Shown: one piece after another, positions 9,837-18,755 of the stretch | Numbering within the stretch: position 1 is the first letter of the stretch | Layout: each line of letters starts with the position of its first letter | Source: Eubacteriales bacterium | Lineage (GTDB): Bacteria; Bacillota; Clostridia; Oscillospirales; CAG-382 | DNA length: 64,000 nucleotides | Direction of reading: 5' to 3' | NCBI GenBank assembly: GCA_045600105.1 | Contig: JAZRXG010000042.1 | Coordinates: 14,236-78,235, forward strand | Notes under the pieces: model-generated | The model's database searches: none | What the model saw: the letters and a program-made list of their open reading frames with translations, nothing else | Told to the model about the DNA's origin: nothing | Made by a program: the position numbers and the translations under genes

Positions 9837-10675
9837 TGTTTGCTTATCTCGAAAGTGACGGGACGAACGCGGTTTTCGAGGCAGACGTGGTTTGCTTTGA
9901 CGTCGGACGCGGTTATGTCTCTGGATCTTTCGATCTTATGTCCGACCTTGAGCGGGTTGATCTCGTAAAGGATGGGGCCGCAGTAGCCTATCCCGTCGAG
10001 GCAGTCGAAAAGCTCGTTCCAGTCGATGCCGCCTTCGCCGGGGAGCCAATGGCGCTCGTCAACAAAGTTGTAGTCCGAAACGTGGGTGGTTATTATCTTG
10101 CTTCCGACGTTACGGATGAAATCGGGTATCTTTTCGCCGAGCAGATGGTTGGTGTCAAAGCAGACGCGGAGTCTGTCGTCGGCGGAAACGAGATCGAGAA
10201 GCTCCTTGCTGCGGTTGCCGAGGCAGGTCCTCGGGAGGTCTTCGACGGCGATGGTCGAGCCGAAGGAAGCCGCGTATCCGGCAAGCTCGGCAAGCGATTT
10301 TTTGGAGGCCGCGAGTCTCGCGGGTCTGTCGGGATCGGCAATGGGTTCGCCGCTCGCGTGGATGACGAACAGGTGAACGCCGCATTCGGACATCATACGT
10401 ATGAATTTTTTCTGATACTCAACGGCAAAAACGCGTTTCTCTTCATCCGTCGCGGAAACGTCGTAAAGCTCGAACGGGCCGAATCTGAGATGAAAGCTGT
10501 TGATGCGAAGTCCCGCTTCAGCCGCCTTGCGCGTTACTTTTTCGGCGTCGAATTCATCGAATTCCTTGTCACGCGGGGAAAGCTCGAGGCAGTCGATGCC
10601 GCTCTTTTTGAATTCGGGATAAGACGCGATGATATCGTCGCCGACGGGACGTGAATAGCCTGTTTCGCGTTTCAT
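9833..10675 (-). CDS. Sugar phosphate isomerase/epimerase (xylose-isomerase-like TIM barrel, AP_endonuc_2)
   Basis: IAVEDL, CFDTNHL, THVSD, RHWLPGEGGIDW and LYE metal-binding pattern. Confidence 0.82.
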   Translation of the reverse strand: MKRETGYSRPVGDDIIASYPEFKKSGIDCLELSPRDKEFDEFDAEKVTRKAAEAGLRINSFHLRFGPFELYDVSATDEEKRVFAVEYQKKFIRMMSECGVHLFVIHASGEPIADPDRPARLAASKKSLAELAGYAASFGSTIAVEDLPRTCLGNRSKELLDLVSADDRLRVCFDTNHLLGEKIPDFIRNVGSKIITTHVSDYNFVDERHWLPGEGGIDWNELFDCLDGIGYCGPILYEINPLKVGHKIERSRDITASDVKANHVCLENRVRPVTFEISKQ

Positions 10676-10772
10676 AATGGATCTCCTTATTTGTCATAAT
10701 TTACATTGCCATATTATCACAAGCGTGTCAAAAAATCAAGTAAAAAAGCAAAGCAAACGCACAAAAAGCAAA

Positions 10773-10798
10773 GCAGACCCGCAAAAGTGCGGGTCTGC
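10773..10798 (-). terminator. Intrinsic terminator of the thuA-SBP1 unit
   Basis: GCAGACCCGC/GCGGGTCTGC 10-bp stem followed on the minus strand by T-rich TTTGCTTTTT. Confidence 0.75.
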
Positions 10799-10811
10799 CG
10801 AAAAATTCAGT

Positions 10812-12377
10812 TTAGTCTTCCTGAAGCGATTTGAAGAGATCGAGAGTCTTGTTGAGGTCGCTTTCGAACGTGCCGAGCTTGCTCTGGAGGTGAGACTGGA
10901 TCGACGTGCTGCCGGCGGAACGGAGCTGGTTGTAATACTGGATGCAGTCGCCCCAGTTGAAGATGACGGAGATATCTACCAATCTGTTTCTGAATATGAT
11001 ATCGAGCATTTCGGGCGAGTCTTCGTCGTCAACGAGACGTTTGAGCTTGAGGGTGAGATCGTAGTAAAGCGCGGTCACGTTGTCGTAGTTGTAATGAGCC
11101 ATCGCCTCGAGGCAGAAGGTGATCTGCGGGATCTCCGCTTCGTTGATGGAAATGGGAATTGCCATGATGCCGAAGTGATAGGGGTTGACCATGGAAGCGT
11201 AATCTTCCTGACCCTCGGATACCATGGGCATGGGAACTATGCCGTAGCTGATATCGGCGTTTCTGAGTTTTTCGGAGTTGACGAGTCCGATATGTTCTGC
11301 ATAGAAAAGTGCCTGATTCTGATAGAAATGGTCGGACACCTTATGGTTGTTGTCATAATCGTTCCAACGGAAATAGTCTTCGATGAAGCAGGTAACGCTC
11401 TTGTCGGCAACGACGTCGAACACCTTGAGGAAGTTGTTGACGTTCTGCTCGTTGAGCATTGCGAACTGCGGGATATCGTTGTCGTCCTTGCTGATCTGAG
11501 CAAGTCCGCCGCCCATGATGAACATATAGGTGTCGAACGAAACACCGACAAGTCCCCAGAAGTCGTCGCCTTCGACGTTCATGATCCCGTCTCCGCCGGG
11601 ATGAGCGACTTCCTTCATCATTGCGTACATTTTGTCGATGTTCCATTCGCCGCTCTTTACGAGGTCGAACGGGTTATCGAGGCTGTACTGTTTGACGAGG
11701 TCTTTGTTGAAATAGAGGCATCTGGTGTACTGGTCGTCGGTGTAAAGGATATCACCCGAGATCATGTAAAGCGAATTCGCGATACTCATGTCTTTCTGAG
11801 TAACGGGATCCCACCATTCTTCGTCGAGTCTGAGATAGCTTTCTTCGCCGAGGCTGTAGAAATCGTAACAGAGACCTTCGGAGGTGAGAGGAGCGAGGAA
11901 GTTTGCGCCGCCGACGAGCACCTGATAGTCCGCGGTACCCGCTTCGTTATCGTTTCTGACCTTCTGAACGAAACGGTTGTAGCAGTCGTCGTCGCTGACG
12001 TTTTCGTTGATGATGGTGAAGCCGTATTCCTGCTGAAGCTTGTTGTTTCTTTCGGAAATGGCAATGATGACGGCATCGGCTTTTTCTTCGTCGAATTCTT
12101 CGGTATAGCCGATGATCTGCTCGTCATCGTAAAGCTGACCGGGAGCAAGAATGAGGAACTTGATGGTGTAGCCGCTGATGTTGAGTCCGGTGGGATCAAG
12201 TCCTTCGATGAGGGCTGTCGACGTCTCTTCGGACGTTTCGGGCTTGGATTCGCTCGCGGAGGACGTTTCGGAGTTCGTCTTGCTTGTTTCGTTGCCGTTT
12301 TCTTCGCCGCACGCGGTGACGAGCAGAGCGAGCATCATGATGAAAACAAGCAGTCCGGCAAGTAGTTTCTTTGACAT
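10812..12377 (-). CDS. Extracellular solute-binding lipoprotein (carbohydrate ABC type), SBP1
   Basis: Lipobox VTAC, acidic Ser/Thr/Glu linker, YFNKDL..Y..DNPFDLV..GEW, YGIVPMP. Start moved to MSKK on the AAAGGA RBS. Confidence 0.85.
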   Translation of the reverse strand: MSKKLLAGLLVFIMMLALLVTACGEENGNETSKTNSETSSASESKPETSEETSTALIEGLDPTGLNISGYTIKFLILAPGQLYDDEQIIGYTEEFDEEKADAVIIAISERNNKLQQEYGFTIINENVSDDDCYNRFVQKVRNDNEAGTADYQVLVGGANFLAPLTSEGLCYDFYSLGEESYLRLDEEWWDPVTQKDMSIANSLYMISGDILYTDDQYTRCLYFNKDLVKQYSLDNPFDLVKSGEWNIDKMYAMMKEVAHPGGDGIMNVEGDDFWGLVGVSFDTYMFIMGGGLAQISKDDNDIPQFAMLNEQNVNNFLKVFDVVADKSVTCFIEDYFRWNDYDNNHKVSDHFYQNQALFYAEHIGLVNSEKLRNADISYGIVPMPMVSEGQEDYASMVNPYHFGIMAIPISINEAEIPQITFCLEAMAHYNYDNVTALYYDLTLKLKRLVDDEDSPEMLDIIFRNRLVDISVIFNWGDCIQYYNQLRSAGSTSIQSHLQSKLGTFESDLNKTLDLFKSLQED

Positions 12378-12411
12378 GGCTGATTCCTTTCTGTGTGAAA
12401 TTTTTATTTTA

Positions 12412-13143
12412 TCATTCAAATGATTTCTTGGTGAGCATCGGGCACTCGTCGACCATCTTGAAGCCGAATTCGTTGGGAGCCGCCCAATAAACGGCGTTCT
12501 TTATGATACGCTGAACGTATTCGTTGTAATACGACGGGCAGGTCTCGTGACCGGGCTGGAAATAGAACACCTTGCCGGCTCCTCTGAGGAAGCAGCATCC
12601 GGTACGCATGATATAGCCGTCTTCGTACCATCCGCCGAACACGAGTGCGTCGGGCTGAGGAATGTAGAAGGGTTCGCTGTAAAGCTCTTCTTCGTCAAGA
12701 ACGAAATGGTCGGGGATGCCAGCGGCGATCGGATGGGTCGGAAGCATCGTCCACATGACTTCTTTCTGATTCCTGCCCCACGAAAGGTTGCCGGAGGTGC
12801 CGACGATGGTGTCGAACGGTTTGGATTTATGCGCGGAATGAAGCGCGATGAATCCCATTCCTTCGGAATAAACGCGTTTTCTGATCTTCGCGACAAGGGC
12901 GTCGTTCACTTCGTGGTGAGCCATGTGTCCCCACCAGATAAGGACGTCGGTCTTGTTCAGAAGCTCGTCGGGGAGTCCCTGCTCGGGATCGTCAAGGGCG
13001 GCAAGCGTGATATCAAGATCATCATTGACGCTGAGGAAATCCTTAATGAACGCGTGTATGCCGTTCGGATAAAGTTTTTTGACTTCTTCGTTTGTTTTTT
13101 CGTGTCTGAATTCGTTCCAGATAACTACGTTGAGCTTTTTCAT
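12412..13143 (-). CDS. thuA: ThuA-family (trehalose utilisation, GATase1-like) protein
   Basis: VVIWNEFRHE, YPNGIH, DVLIWWGHMAH, GFIALHSAH, FYFQPGHET. Start at MKKL on the GGAGG RBS. Confidence 0.85.
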   Translation of the reverse strand: MKKLNVVIWNEFRHEKTNEEVKKLYPNGIHAFIKDFLSVNDDLDITLAALDDPEQGLPDELLNKTDVLIWWGHMAHHEVNDALVAKIRKRVYSEGMGFIALHSAHKSKPFDTIVGTSGNLSWGRNQKEVMWTMLPTHPIAAGIPDHFVLDEEELYSEPFYIPQPDALVFGGWYEDGYIMRTGCCFLRGAGKVFYFQPGHETCPSYYNEYVQRIIKNAVYWAAPNEFGFKMVDECPMLTKKSFE

Positions 13144-13168
13144 AATTACCCCTCCTGCTGTTTTCATT

Positions 13169-13197
13169 ATGATACCATTTTTTCTCATTTTTGTAAA
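13169..13197 (-). promoter_or_regulatory. SigA-type promoter for thuA-SBP1
   Basis: TTTACA-17 nt-TATCAT with TG extension on the minus strand. Confidence 0.55.
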
Positions 13198-13230
13198 TAG
13201 TTTTCGTGAAAATAAAAGTCAAAAAAGCAA

Positions 13231-13257
13231 AGCAGACCCGAAACGTGTCGGGCCTGC
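13231..13257 (-). terminator. Intrinsic terminator of SBP2
   Basis: GCAGACCCG/CGGGCCTGC imperfect stem followed by TTTGCTTTTTT on the minus strand; homologous to the terminator at 10773. Confidence 0.65.
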
Positions 13258-13266
13258 CTGATAAAA

Positions 13267-14823
13267 TCAATGGTTCTTGAGTTCGTTATAGCTTTCGATG
13301 GTCGCTTCCATCGCGGCGTTGAACGCGTTCTCCTTGCTCTGGCAGAACGACACGACGCCCCTGTTCTTGTTGGAGCGGAGCTGGTTGTAATACTGGATGC
13401 AGTCAGCCCAGTTGAACATAACGGACATATCGACTATTCTGTTTCTGAATATGAGGTCGAGCATTTCGGGCGAATCCTCGTCGTCGATAAGGCGTTTGAG
13501 CTTGAGAGTAAGGTCGTAGTACACCGCGGTGACGTGCTCGTTGTCGTAACGTGCCATTGCCTCGAGGCAGAAGGTGATCTCGGGGATCTCTTCCGCGTTG
13601 ATGGTGATGGGGATCGCGACGGTGCCGAAGCCGTACGGATTGACGGTGGACGCGTAGTTATCCTGCTCGACGTTCATCTTTGGCATCGGGAGGATACCGT
13701 AGTTTATATCGGCTTCTCTCATCTTTTCGGAATTGACTTTTCCGACGATCTCGGGATAGAAGAGCGCCTGTCCGTTATAGAAATGAGCGTATATCTCGCT
13801 GCATCTCGAGTCGTTCCAGCGGTAATAGTCGCCGGTGAAGCAGGTGGCTTCGCGGTCGCTGACAATGTCGAACACCTTGAAGAAGTTGTTGACGTTCTGC
13901 TCGTCCATCATGGCAAAGCGCGGGACGTCGTTTTCGTCCTTGACGATCTGAGCGACGCCGCCGCCCATAATGAGCATATAGGTGTCGAACGAAACGCCGA
14001 CCATGCCCCACGTATCGTCACCCGCGACATCCATCTTTCCGTCTCCGCCGGGATGTGCCACGGCTTTCATCATCGTGTACATCTCGTCGAGCGTCCATTT
14101 GCCTTCGGCCACGAGTTCGAACGGATTCGCGAGATTGTATTCCTTGATAAGGTCCTTGTTGAAGAACAGACATCTCGTCTGGTTGTCGTCGGTGTAAAGG
14201 AGGTCGCCCGTTGCGAGATAGAGCGAGTTGACGATGGTCATATCCTTTTGGGTGACGGGATCCCACCATACCTCGTCGAGGCTGAGACGCGAGTTTTCGA
14301 GATCGTAGAAATCGTAGAACATGCCTTCGGCGGAAAGCGGAGCAAGGTAATAAGCGCCGCCAACTATCGCCTGATAATTGGCGATACCCGCCTCGTTATC
14401 GCTTCTTACGCGTATCGGGAAATCATCGGTCGAGGTAACGGATTCGGATTCGATCACAAAGCCGTATTCCTGCGTCATTTTGTTGTTTCGCTCAACGATG
14501 GCGGCTATCACGTCGTCGGCTTTGTCCTCGCCGGTGCTTTCGGTGTAGCCGATGATCTGCTCGTCGTCATACTGGATATTCGAAGCGAGCACGAGGAACC
14601 TCATGGCGTAGCCGTCGAGGTCAAGTCCCGCGGGATCAAGTCCGTCGATAAAGAGCTTCGACACTTCCTCCGAGCTTTCTTCGGCAGCGGATTCGGCACT
14701 TGACGCGTCGCCGGCTTTGCTCTCTTCTTTGCTGACGTCGCTGCCGCTTTCGCTGCAGGATGCAAGCATCACGGAAAAAGCAAGCACCAGGATAAGTAAA
14801 AACGCGATCGTTTTTGTTCTCAT
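13267..14823 (-). CDS. Extracellular solute-binding lipoprotein, SBP2 (close paralog of SBP1)
   Basis: Lipobox LASC. Long shared stretches with SBP1 (WWDPVTQKDM, AHPGGDG, GVSFDTYM, EQNVNNF, ITFCLEAMA). RBS spacing favours ATG at 14823. Confidence 0.85.
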   Translation of the reverse strand: MRTKTIAFLLILVLAFSVMLASCSESGSDVSKEESKAGDASSAESAAEESSEEVSKLFIDGLDPAGLDLDGYAMRFLVLASNIQYDDEQIIGYTESTGEDKADDVIAAIVERNNKMTQEYGFVIESESVTSTDDFPIRVRSDNEAGIANYQAIVGGAYYLAPLSAEGMFYDFYDLENSRLSLDEVWWDPVTQKDMTIVNSLYLATGDLLYTDDNQTRCLFFNKDLIKEYNLANPFELVAEGKWTLDEMYTMMKAVAHPGGDGKMDVAGDDTWGMVGVSFDTYMLIMGGGVAQIVKDENDVPRFAMMDEQNVNNFFKVFDIVSDREATCFTGDYYRWNDSRCSEIYAHFYNGQALFYPEIVGKVNSEKMREADINYGILPMPKMNVEQDNYASTVNPYGFGTVAIPITINAEEIPEITFCLEAMARYDNEHVTAVYYDLTLKLKRLIDDEDSPEMLDLIFRNRIVDMSVMFNWADCIQYYNQLRSNKNRGVVSFCQSKENAFNAAMEATIESYNELKNH

Positions 14824-14849
14824 TTTCATTTCTCCTTTTCGTTTTTCTT

Positions 14850-14878
14850 ATTGTATCACCGAAAACGCGTTTTGTAAA
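14850..14878 (-). promoter_or_regulatory. SigA-type promoter for SBP2
   Basis: TTTACA-17 nt-TACAAT with TG extension. The spacer overlaps the palindrome AAAACGCGTTTT. Confidence 0.6.
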
Positions 14879-14892
14879 TAGTTTTTTTAGGC

Positions 14893-14922
14893 AAAAAGCC
14901 GCTCCGCGTGAAGCGGAGCGGC
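14893..14922 (-). terminator. Intrinsic terminator of the opp operon
   Basis: GCCGCTCCGC/GCGGAGCGGC 10-bp stem plus TTTTT on the minus strand. Confidence 0.8.
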
Positions 14923-14945
14923 AATAACCTATTGTTTATAAGTTA

Positions 14946-16694
14946 TTATTTGTAGAATTCAGCCTTCTTGAAGGATACCCAGCCAAGGTTGGAGTAGAGG
15001 AAATCCTTAAGACCGGTATTTGCGAGGTACGGGTTGGTGTAGTAGTAAAGAGGAAGGATGGTGTAGGTATCGCGGACCCATTCTTCTGCTTCATACATAA
15101 GTTCAGCACGTTTTTCGGGATCGGCTTCGGTCTTGATCTTGCCGATGAGTTCATCGTAGCCTGCCCAGGTCTGTTTTCCGTCGGGTCCGTAGATGGCAGC
15201 GCTGCCCTTTTCACCGTCTTTGCCGAGGTGAGGATGGTTGTTGCCGGAACCGGAGAGAAGGATCTCGAGGAAGTTTACGGGGTCATCATAGTCGGCGATC
15301 CAGCCGAGACGGCACATAGTGAAGTCGCCTTCGGTAAGAGCGGTCTGGATAACGGACCAGGTACGGGTATCGATGGAAACTTCGATGCCGTATGCGGACC
15401 ACTGGCTCTGGATAGCTTCGGCAATAGCGGTATTGCCGGAAGTCGGGTTGATGGAGTATTCGAATTTGGGGATGTCGGTGAATTTGCCGGAAGCTTCGTC
15501 GTAGGTGTAGTATTTCTTGAGGATCTCTACAGCTTCGGCTCTGTTGGATTCGAGGTCGGCTTTGTCGACGCTCCACCATTTTTCAGCTTCTTCACGGAAG
15601 ATCTTGCCATTTCCGTCGCCCATTCCTGCGGGAACGAAGCCGTAAGCGGGGGTCTGACCCGCGGCGGTGATGTTTTCAACGATGTAGTTACGGTCGATGA
15701 GGAGAGAGAGCGCGTATCTGATTTCAGCGTCCTGCGGTTCGGTGAAGGTCTTTCCTTCGGGAGCGAGAGATCTTTCAACGTTGAATTCAAGATAATAGGT
15801 TCCGATGTAGTCGCCGATGAAGAAGTCTTTGTTGAATCTGTTGGCGTCTGCTTTGAGAACGGGGATCTGAGCTACGGGAACGGTGGTGGTGTACTGGATG
15901 GTACCGTTGGTGTAGTTGGCGAAGATAGCGTCGTCGTCGTCAGAGAGGAAGTATTTGAGGGTTTCGAGTTTTACGGAATCAGCATCCCAGTAGTTGGGGT
16001 TCTTTTCGAAAACGATGTCGGAGCCTACGGTCCAGGACTTCATTCTGAAAGGTCCGTTGCAGATGTAGGTCTCGGGTTTGGTTGCCCAAGCGTCGTTGCC
16101 TTCAACGATGTCTTTGCGAACGGGATAATAGGTCGGGAAAGCGAGGAGCTGATCGAAATAGCTGCAGTAAGCACCGGTAACGATGGTGATGGTCTTTGCA
16201 GCGTCGTCTGCAACTACGTTGAGGCTGCAGTCGTCTTCATAGGAGAAACCGTCGATGACGTCGAACATATAGCAATAGTCAGCAGCGGTAGCGGGAGAAG
16301 CGGCTCTCTGCCAGGAATAAACGAAATCGGAAGCCTTGAGTTCAGCGCCGTCGGACCATTTGAGGCCGTCTTTAAGAGTAACGACGTACTGATACTTGCC
16401 GCCTTCGAGAGCGGTCGGTTTGACGATTTCCTTTGCGCATTCGGCAATGATAACGGGTTTGCCGTTTGCGTCTGCTTCGTAGCCGTAAAGGCCCGCGAAA
16501 GCGTTGGTGAGAACGATGGCGCCGTCAACGGAAGAGTTGAGAGCGGGATCAAGGGTCTCGGGGTCGGGTCCTACGCATACGGTGATAGCTTTTTCACCGG
16601 TATACTCGGTAGGTTTTTCTTCTTCAGTGGCACAGCTTGCAAGAGCAACGGTCACCATGAGAAGAGCAAGAACGAGCGCGAAAATTCTTTTCAT
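14946..16694 (-). CDS. oppA: Oligopeptide ABC transporter substrate-binding lipoprotein
   Basis: Lipobox LASC, ETLDPAL, WSDG..LKASDFVYSW, NGPFRM, KNPNYWD, GWIADYDDP. Confidence 0.92.
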   Translation of the reverse strand: MKRIFALVLALLMVTVALASCATEEEKPTEYTGEKAITVCVGPDPETLDPALNSSVDGAIVLTNAFAGLYGYEADANGKPVIIAECAKEIVKPTALEGGKYQYVVTLKDGLKWSDGAELKASDFVYSWQRAASPATAADYCYMFDVIDGFSYEDDCSLNVVADDAAKTITIVTGAYCSYFDQLLAFPTYYPVRKDIVEGNDAWATKPETYICNGPFRMKSWTVGSDIVFEKNPNYWDADSVKLETLKYFLSDDDDAIFANYTNGTIQYTTTVPVAQIPVLKADANRFNKDFFIGDYIGTYYLEFNVERSLAPEGKTFTEPQDAEIRYALSLLIDRNYIVENITAAGQTPAYGFVPAGMGDGNGKIFREEAEKWWSVDKADLESNRAEAVEILKKYYTYDEASGKFTDIPKFEYSINPTSGNTAIAEAIQSQWSAYGIEVSIDTRTWSVIQTALTEGDFTMCRLGWIADYDDPVNFLEILLSGSGNNHPHLGKDGEKGSAAIYGPDGKQTWAGYDELIGKIKTEADPEKRAELMYEAEEWVRDTYTILPLYYYTNPYLANTGLKDFLYSNLGWVSFKKAEFYK

Positions 16695-16750
16695 GTTGTT
16701 TCCTCCATATTTTTTATATTGAAACGTATTTTTTTACGTTACAACCTTGG

Positions 16751-17725
16751 TTATTTTTCGAAACAGGCGACTTTGTGTCCGGGAGAACGCTCGGTAAGCG
16801 ACGGGCATTCGGCGGCGCACCTTTCGGTGGCGTGGGGACATCTCGTCCTGAACGGGCAGCCGCTCGGTACGTTGAGCGGGCTCGGCACATCGCCTTCGAG
16901 AACGATGCGCTGTCTCTTTCTTTCAAGCTCGGGGTCGGTGATGGGAACGGCTGAAAGAAGCGAGGTGGTATAGGGATGTATGGGGTTGCGGTTGAGCTCG
17001 TTCGCGGGAGCGATCTCGACTATCTTGCCGAGGTACATGACCGCGATATCGTCGGAAATGTGCTTGACGACCGAAAGGTCGTGAGCGATGAACAGATAGG
17101 TGAGTCCGCGTTCCTTCTGAAGGTCCTCGAACATATTGATCACCTGCGCCTGAATCGACACGTCGAGTGCCGATACCGGCTCGTCGCAGATTATCATTTC
17201 GGGGTTCATGGCAAGCGATCTCGCGATGCCTATCCTCTGGCGCTGACCGCCCGAGAATTCGTGGACGTATCTCGTCGCGTGTTCGGACGAAAGTCCCACG
17301 GCGTCCATCAGTTCCTTTATCCTGCGAGCGCGTTCCTCTTTCGTGGCGCACATCTTATGCACGTCGAGGGGCTCGGCGATGATATCGGAGACCGTCATTC
17401 TGGGGTCAAGGGACGAATATGGGTCCTGAAAGACCATCTGCATTTTGCTTCTCAGTTCCTTGACGTCCTTGCGCGTCTTTATCTCTTTGCCGCGGTAGAT
17501 GATGTCGCCGCCGGTCGGCTCGTACAGATACATGAGAGTACGTCCGACGGTGGTCTTGCCGCAGCCGGATTCGCCGACGAGTCCGAGCGTTTTGCCCGCC
17601 TCGATCGAAAAGCTGACGCCGTTGACCGCCTTGAGCTGTTTGGATTTGAAAAATCCGCTGTTGATGGTAAAATACTTTTTAAGGTCTCTGACCTCAATAA
17701 GCGGTGTTTTGATTTCTTCACTCAT
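16751..17725 (-). CDS. oppF: Oligopeptide ABC transporter ATP-binding protein
   Basis: GESGCGKTT Walker [27 protein letters not shown]-terminal GCPFRTRC...C...HKVAC. Confidence 0.93.
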   Translation of the reverse strand: MSEEIKTPLIEVRDLKKYFTINSGFFKSKQLKAVNGVSFSIEAGKTLGLVGESGCGKTTVGRTLMYLYEPTGGDIIYRGKEIKTRKDVKELRSKMQMVFQDPYSSLDPRMTVSDIIAEPLDVHKMCATKEERARRIKELMDAVGLSSEHATRYVHEFSGGQRQRIGIARSLAMNPEMIICDEPVSALDVSIQAQVINMFEDLQKERGLTYLFIAHDLSVVKHISDDIAVMYLGKIVEIAPANELNRNPIHPYTTSLLSAVPITDPELERKRQRIVLEGDVPSPLNVPSGCPFRTRCPHATERCAAECPSLTERSPGHKVACFEK

Positions 17726-18734
17726 TGTTGTCAGCTCCTTTCCCGCCGTTTGCTTCGGCTTCCGCCAGAGCCTTCACGTTCATCCAGCAGCTCGCGCTGT
17801 GGATGCCGCCGAATTCCATGCAGGGCGCTTTTTCGGCAAGGCATATCTTCATGCAGTTGGGGCATCTCGGCGCGAACGCGCAGCCTGCCGGCATACTGAG
17901 AAGATCGACCGGTGTACCCGCGATGGGGATGAGCCTTGTCTTTTCGTCGGACGCGATATTGGGTATCGACGTGAGCAGGCCCTTGGTGTATTCGTGACGC
18001 GGCGAATAGAATATGTCGTTGGCGCTTCCGCTTTCGACAATCTTGCCCGCGTACATTACGTTGATCTTGTCGCACATTCCGGCGACCACGCCGAGGTCGT
18101 GCGTGATGAGGATTATCGCCATACCGAACTGTTTCTGAAGCGACTTCATAAGCTCGAGTATCTGCGCCTGGATGGTGACGTCGAGCGCCGTGGTAGGTTC
18201 GTCGGCAATGAGGATGTCGGGCTCGCAGACGAGCGCCATGGCGATCATCACGCGCTGACGCATACCGCCGGAAAGCTCATAGGGATACTGCTTCATACGC
18301 TTTTCGGGGTCGTTGATGCCGCAGAGCGTCATCATTTCGACCGCTCTGTCGTAAGCCTGCTTCTTATCTCTGTCGGTATGGAGTCTTATGGCTTCGATAA
18401 GCTGGTTGCCGACCGTATAGACGGGGTTAAGGCTCGTCATCGGGTCCTGAAAAATTATGCTGATCTTGTTTCCGCGAATGGAGTGTATGACTTTTTCGTC
18501 ACAGCCGACGAGCTCCTCGCCGTCGACCTTTACGCTGCCGCCGACTATCTTGCCGGGGCTCGTGAGGATCTGAAGGATGGAGTAGGCGGTGACGCTCTTT
18601 CCCGATCCGGATTCGCCGACGATGCCGAGCACTTCGCCCTTGTCAAGGTCGAACGAAACGTCGTCGACAGCCTTGACCTCGCCGGAATGGGTAAAGAAGG
18701 ACGTTCTTAAATTTCTGACTTCCAAATAACTCAT
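17718..18734 (-). CDS. oppD: Oligopeptide ABC transporter ATP-binding protein
   Basis: [50 protein letters not shown]. Confidence 0.93.
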   Translation of the reverse strand: MSYLEVRNLRTSFFTHSGEVKAVDDVSFDLDKGEVLGIVGESGSGKSVTAYSILQILTSPGKIVGGSVKVDGEELVGCDEKVIHSIRGNKISIIFQDPMTSLNPVYTVGNQLIEAIRLHTDRDKKQAYDRAVEMMTLCGINDPEKRMKQYPYELSGGMRQRVMIAMALVCEPDILIADEPTTALDVTIQAQILELMKSLQKQFGMAIILITHDLGVVAGMCDKINVMYAGKIVESGSANDIFYSPRHEYTKGLLTSIPNIASDEKTRLIPIAGTPVDLLSMPAGCAFAPRCPNCMKICLAEKAPCMEFGGIHSASCWMNVKALAEAEANGGKGADNNE

Positions 18735-18755
18735 TTTTTCTACCTGCCTTTCCGC

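Noticed and set aside
13189-13204. cre (CcpA) site reading of TGTAAATAGTTTT
   Set aside because: It lacks the central CG and terminal CA; better explained as the -35 box plus upstream A-tract.
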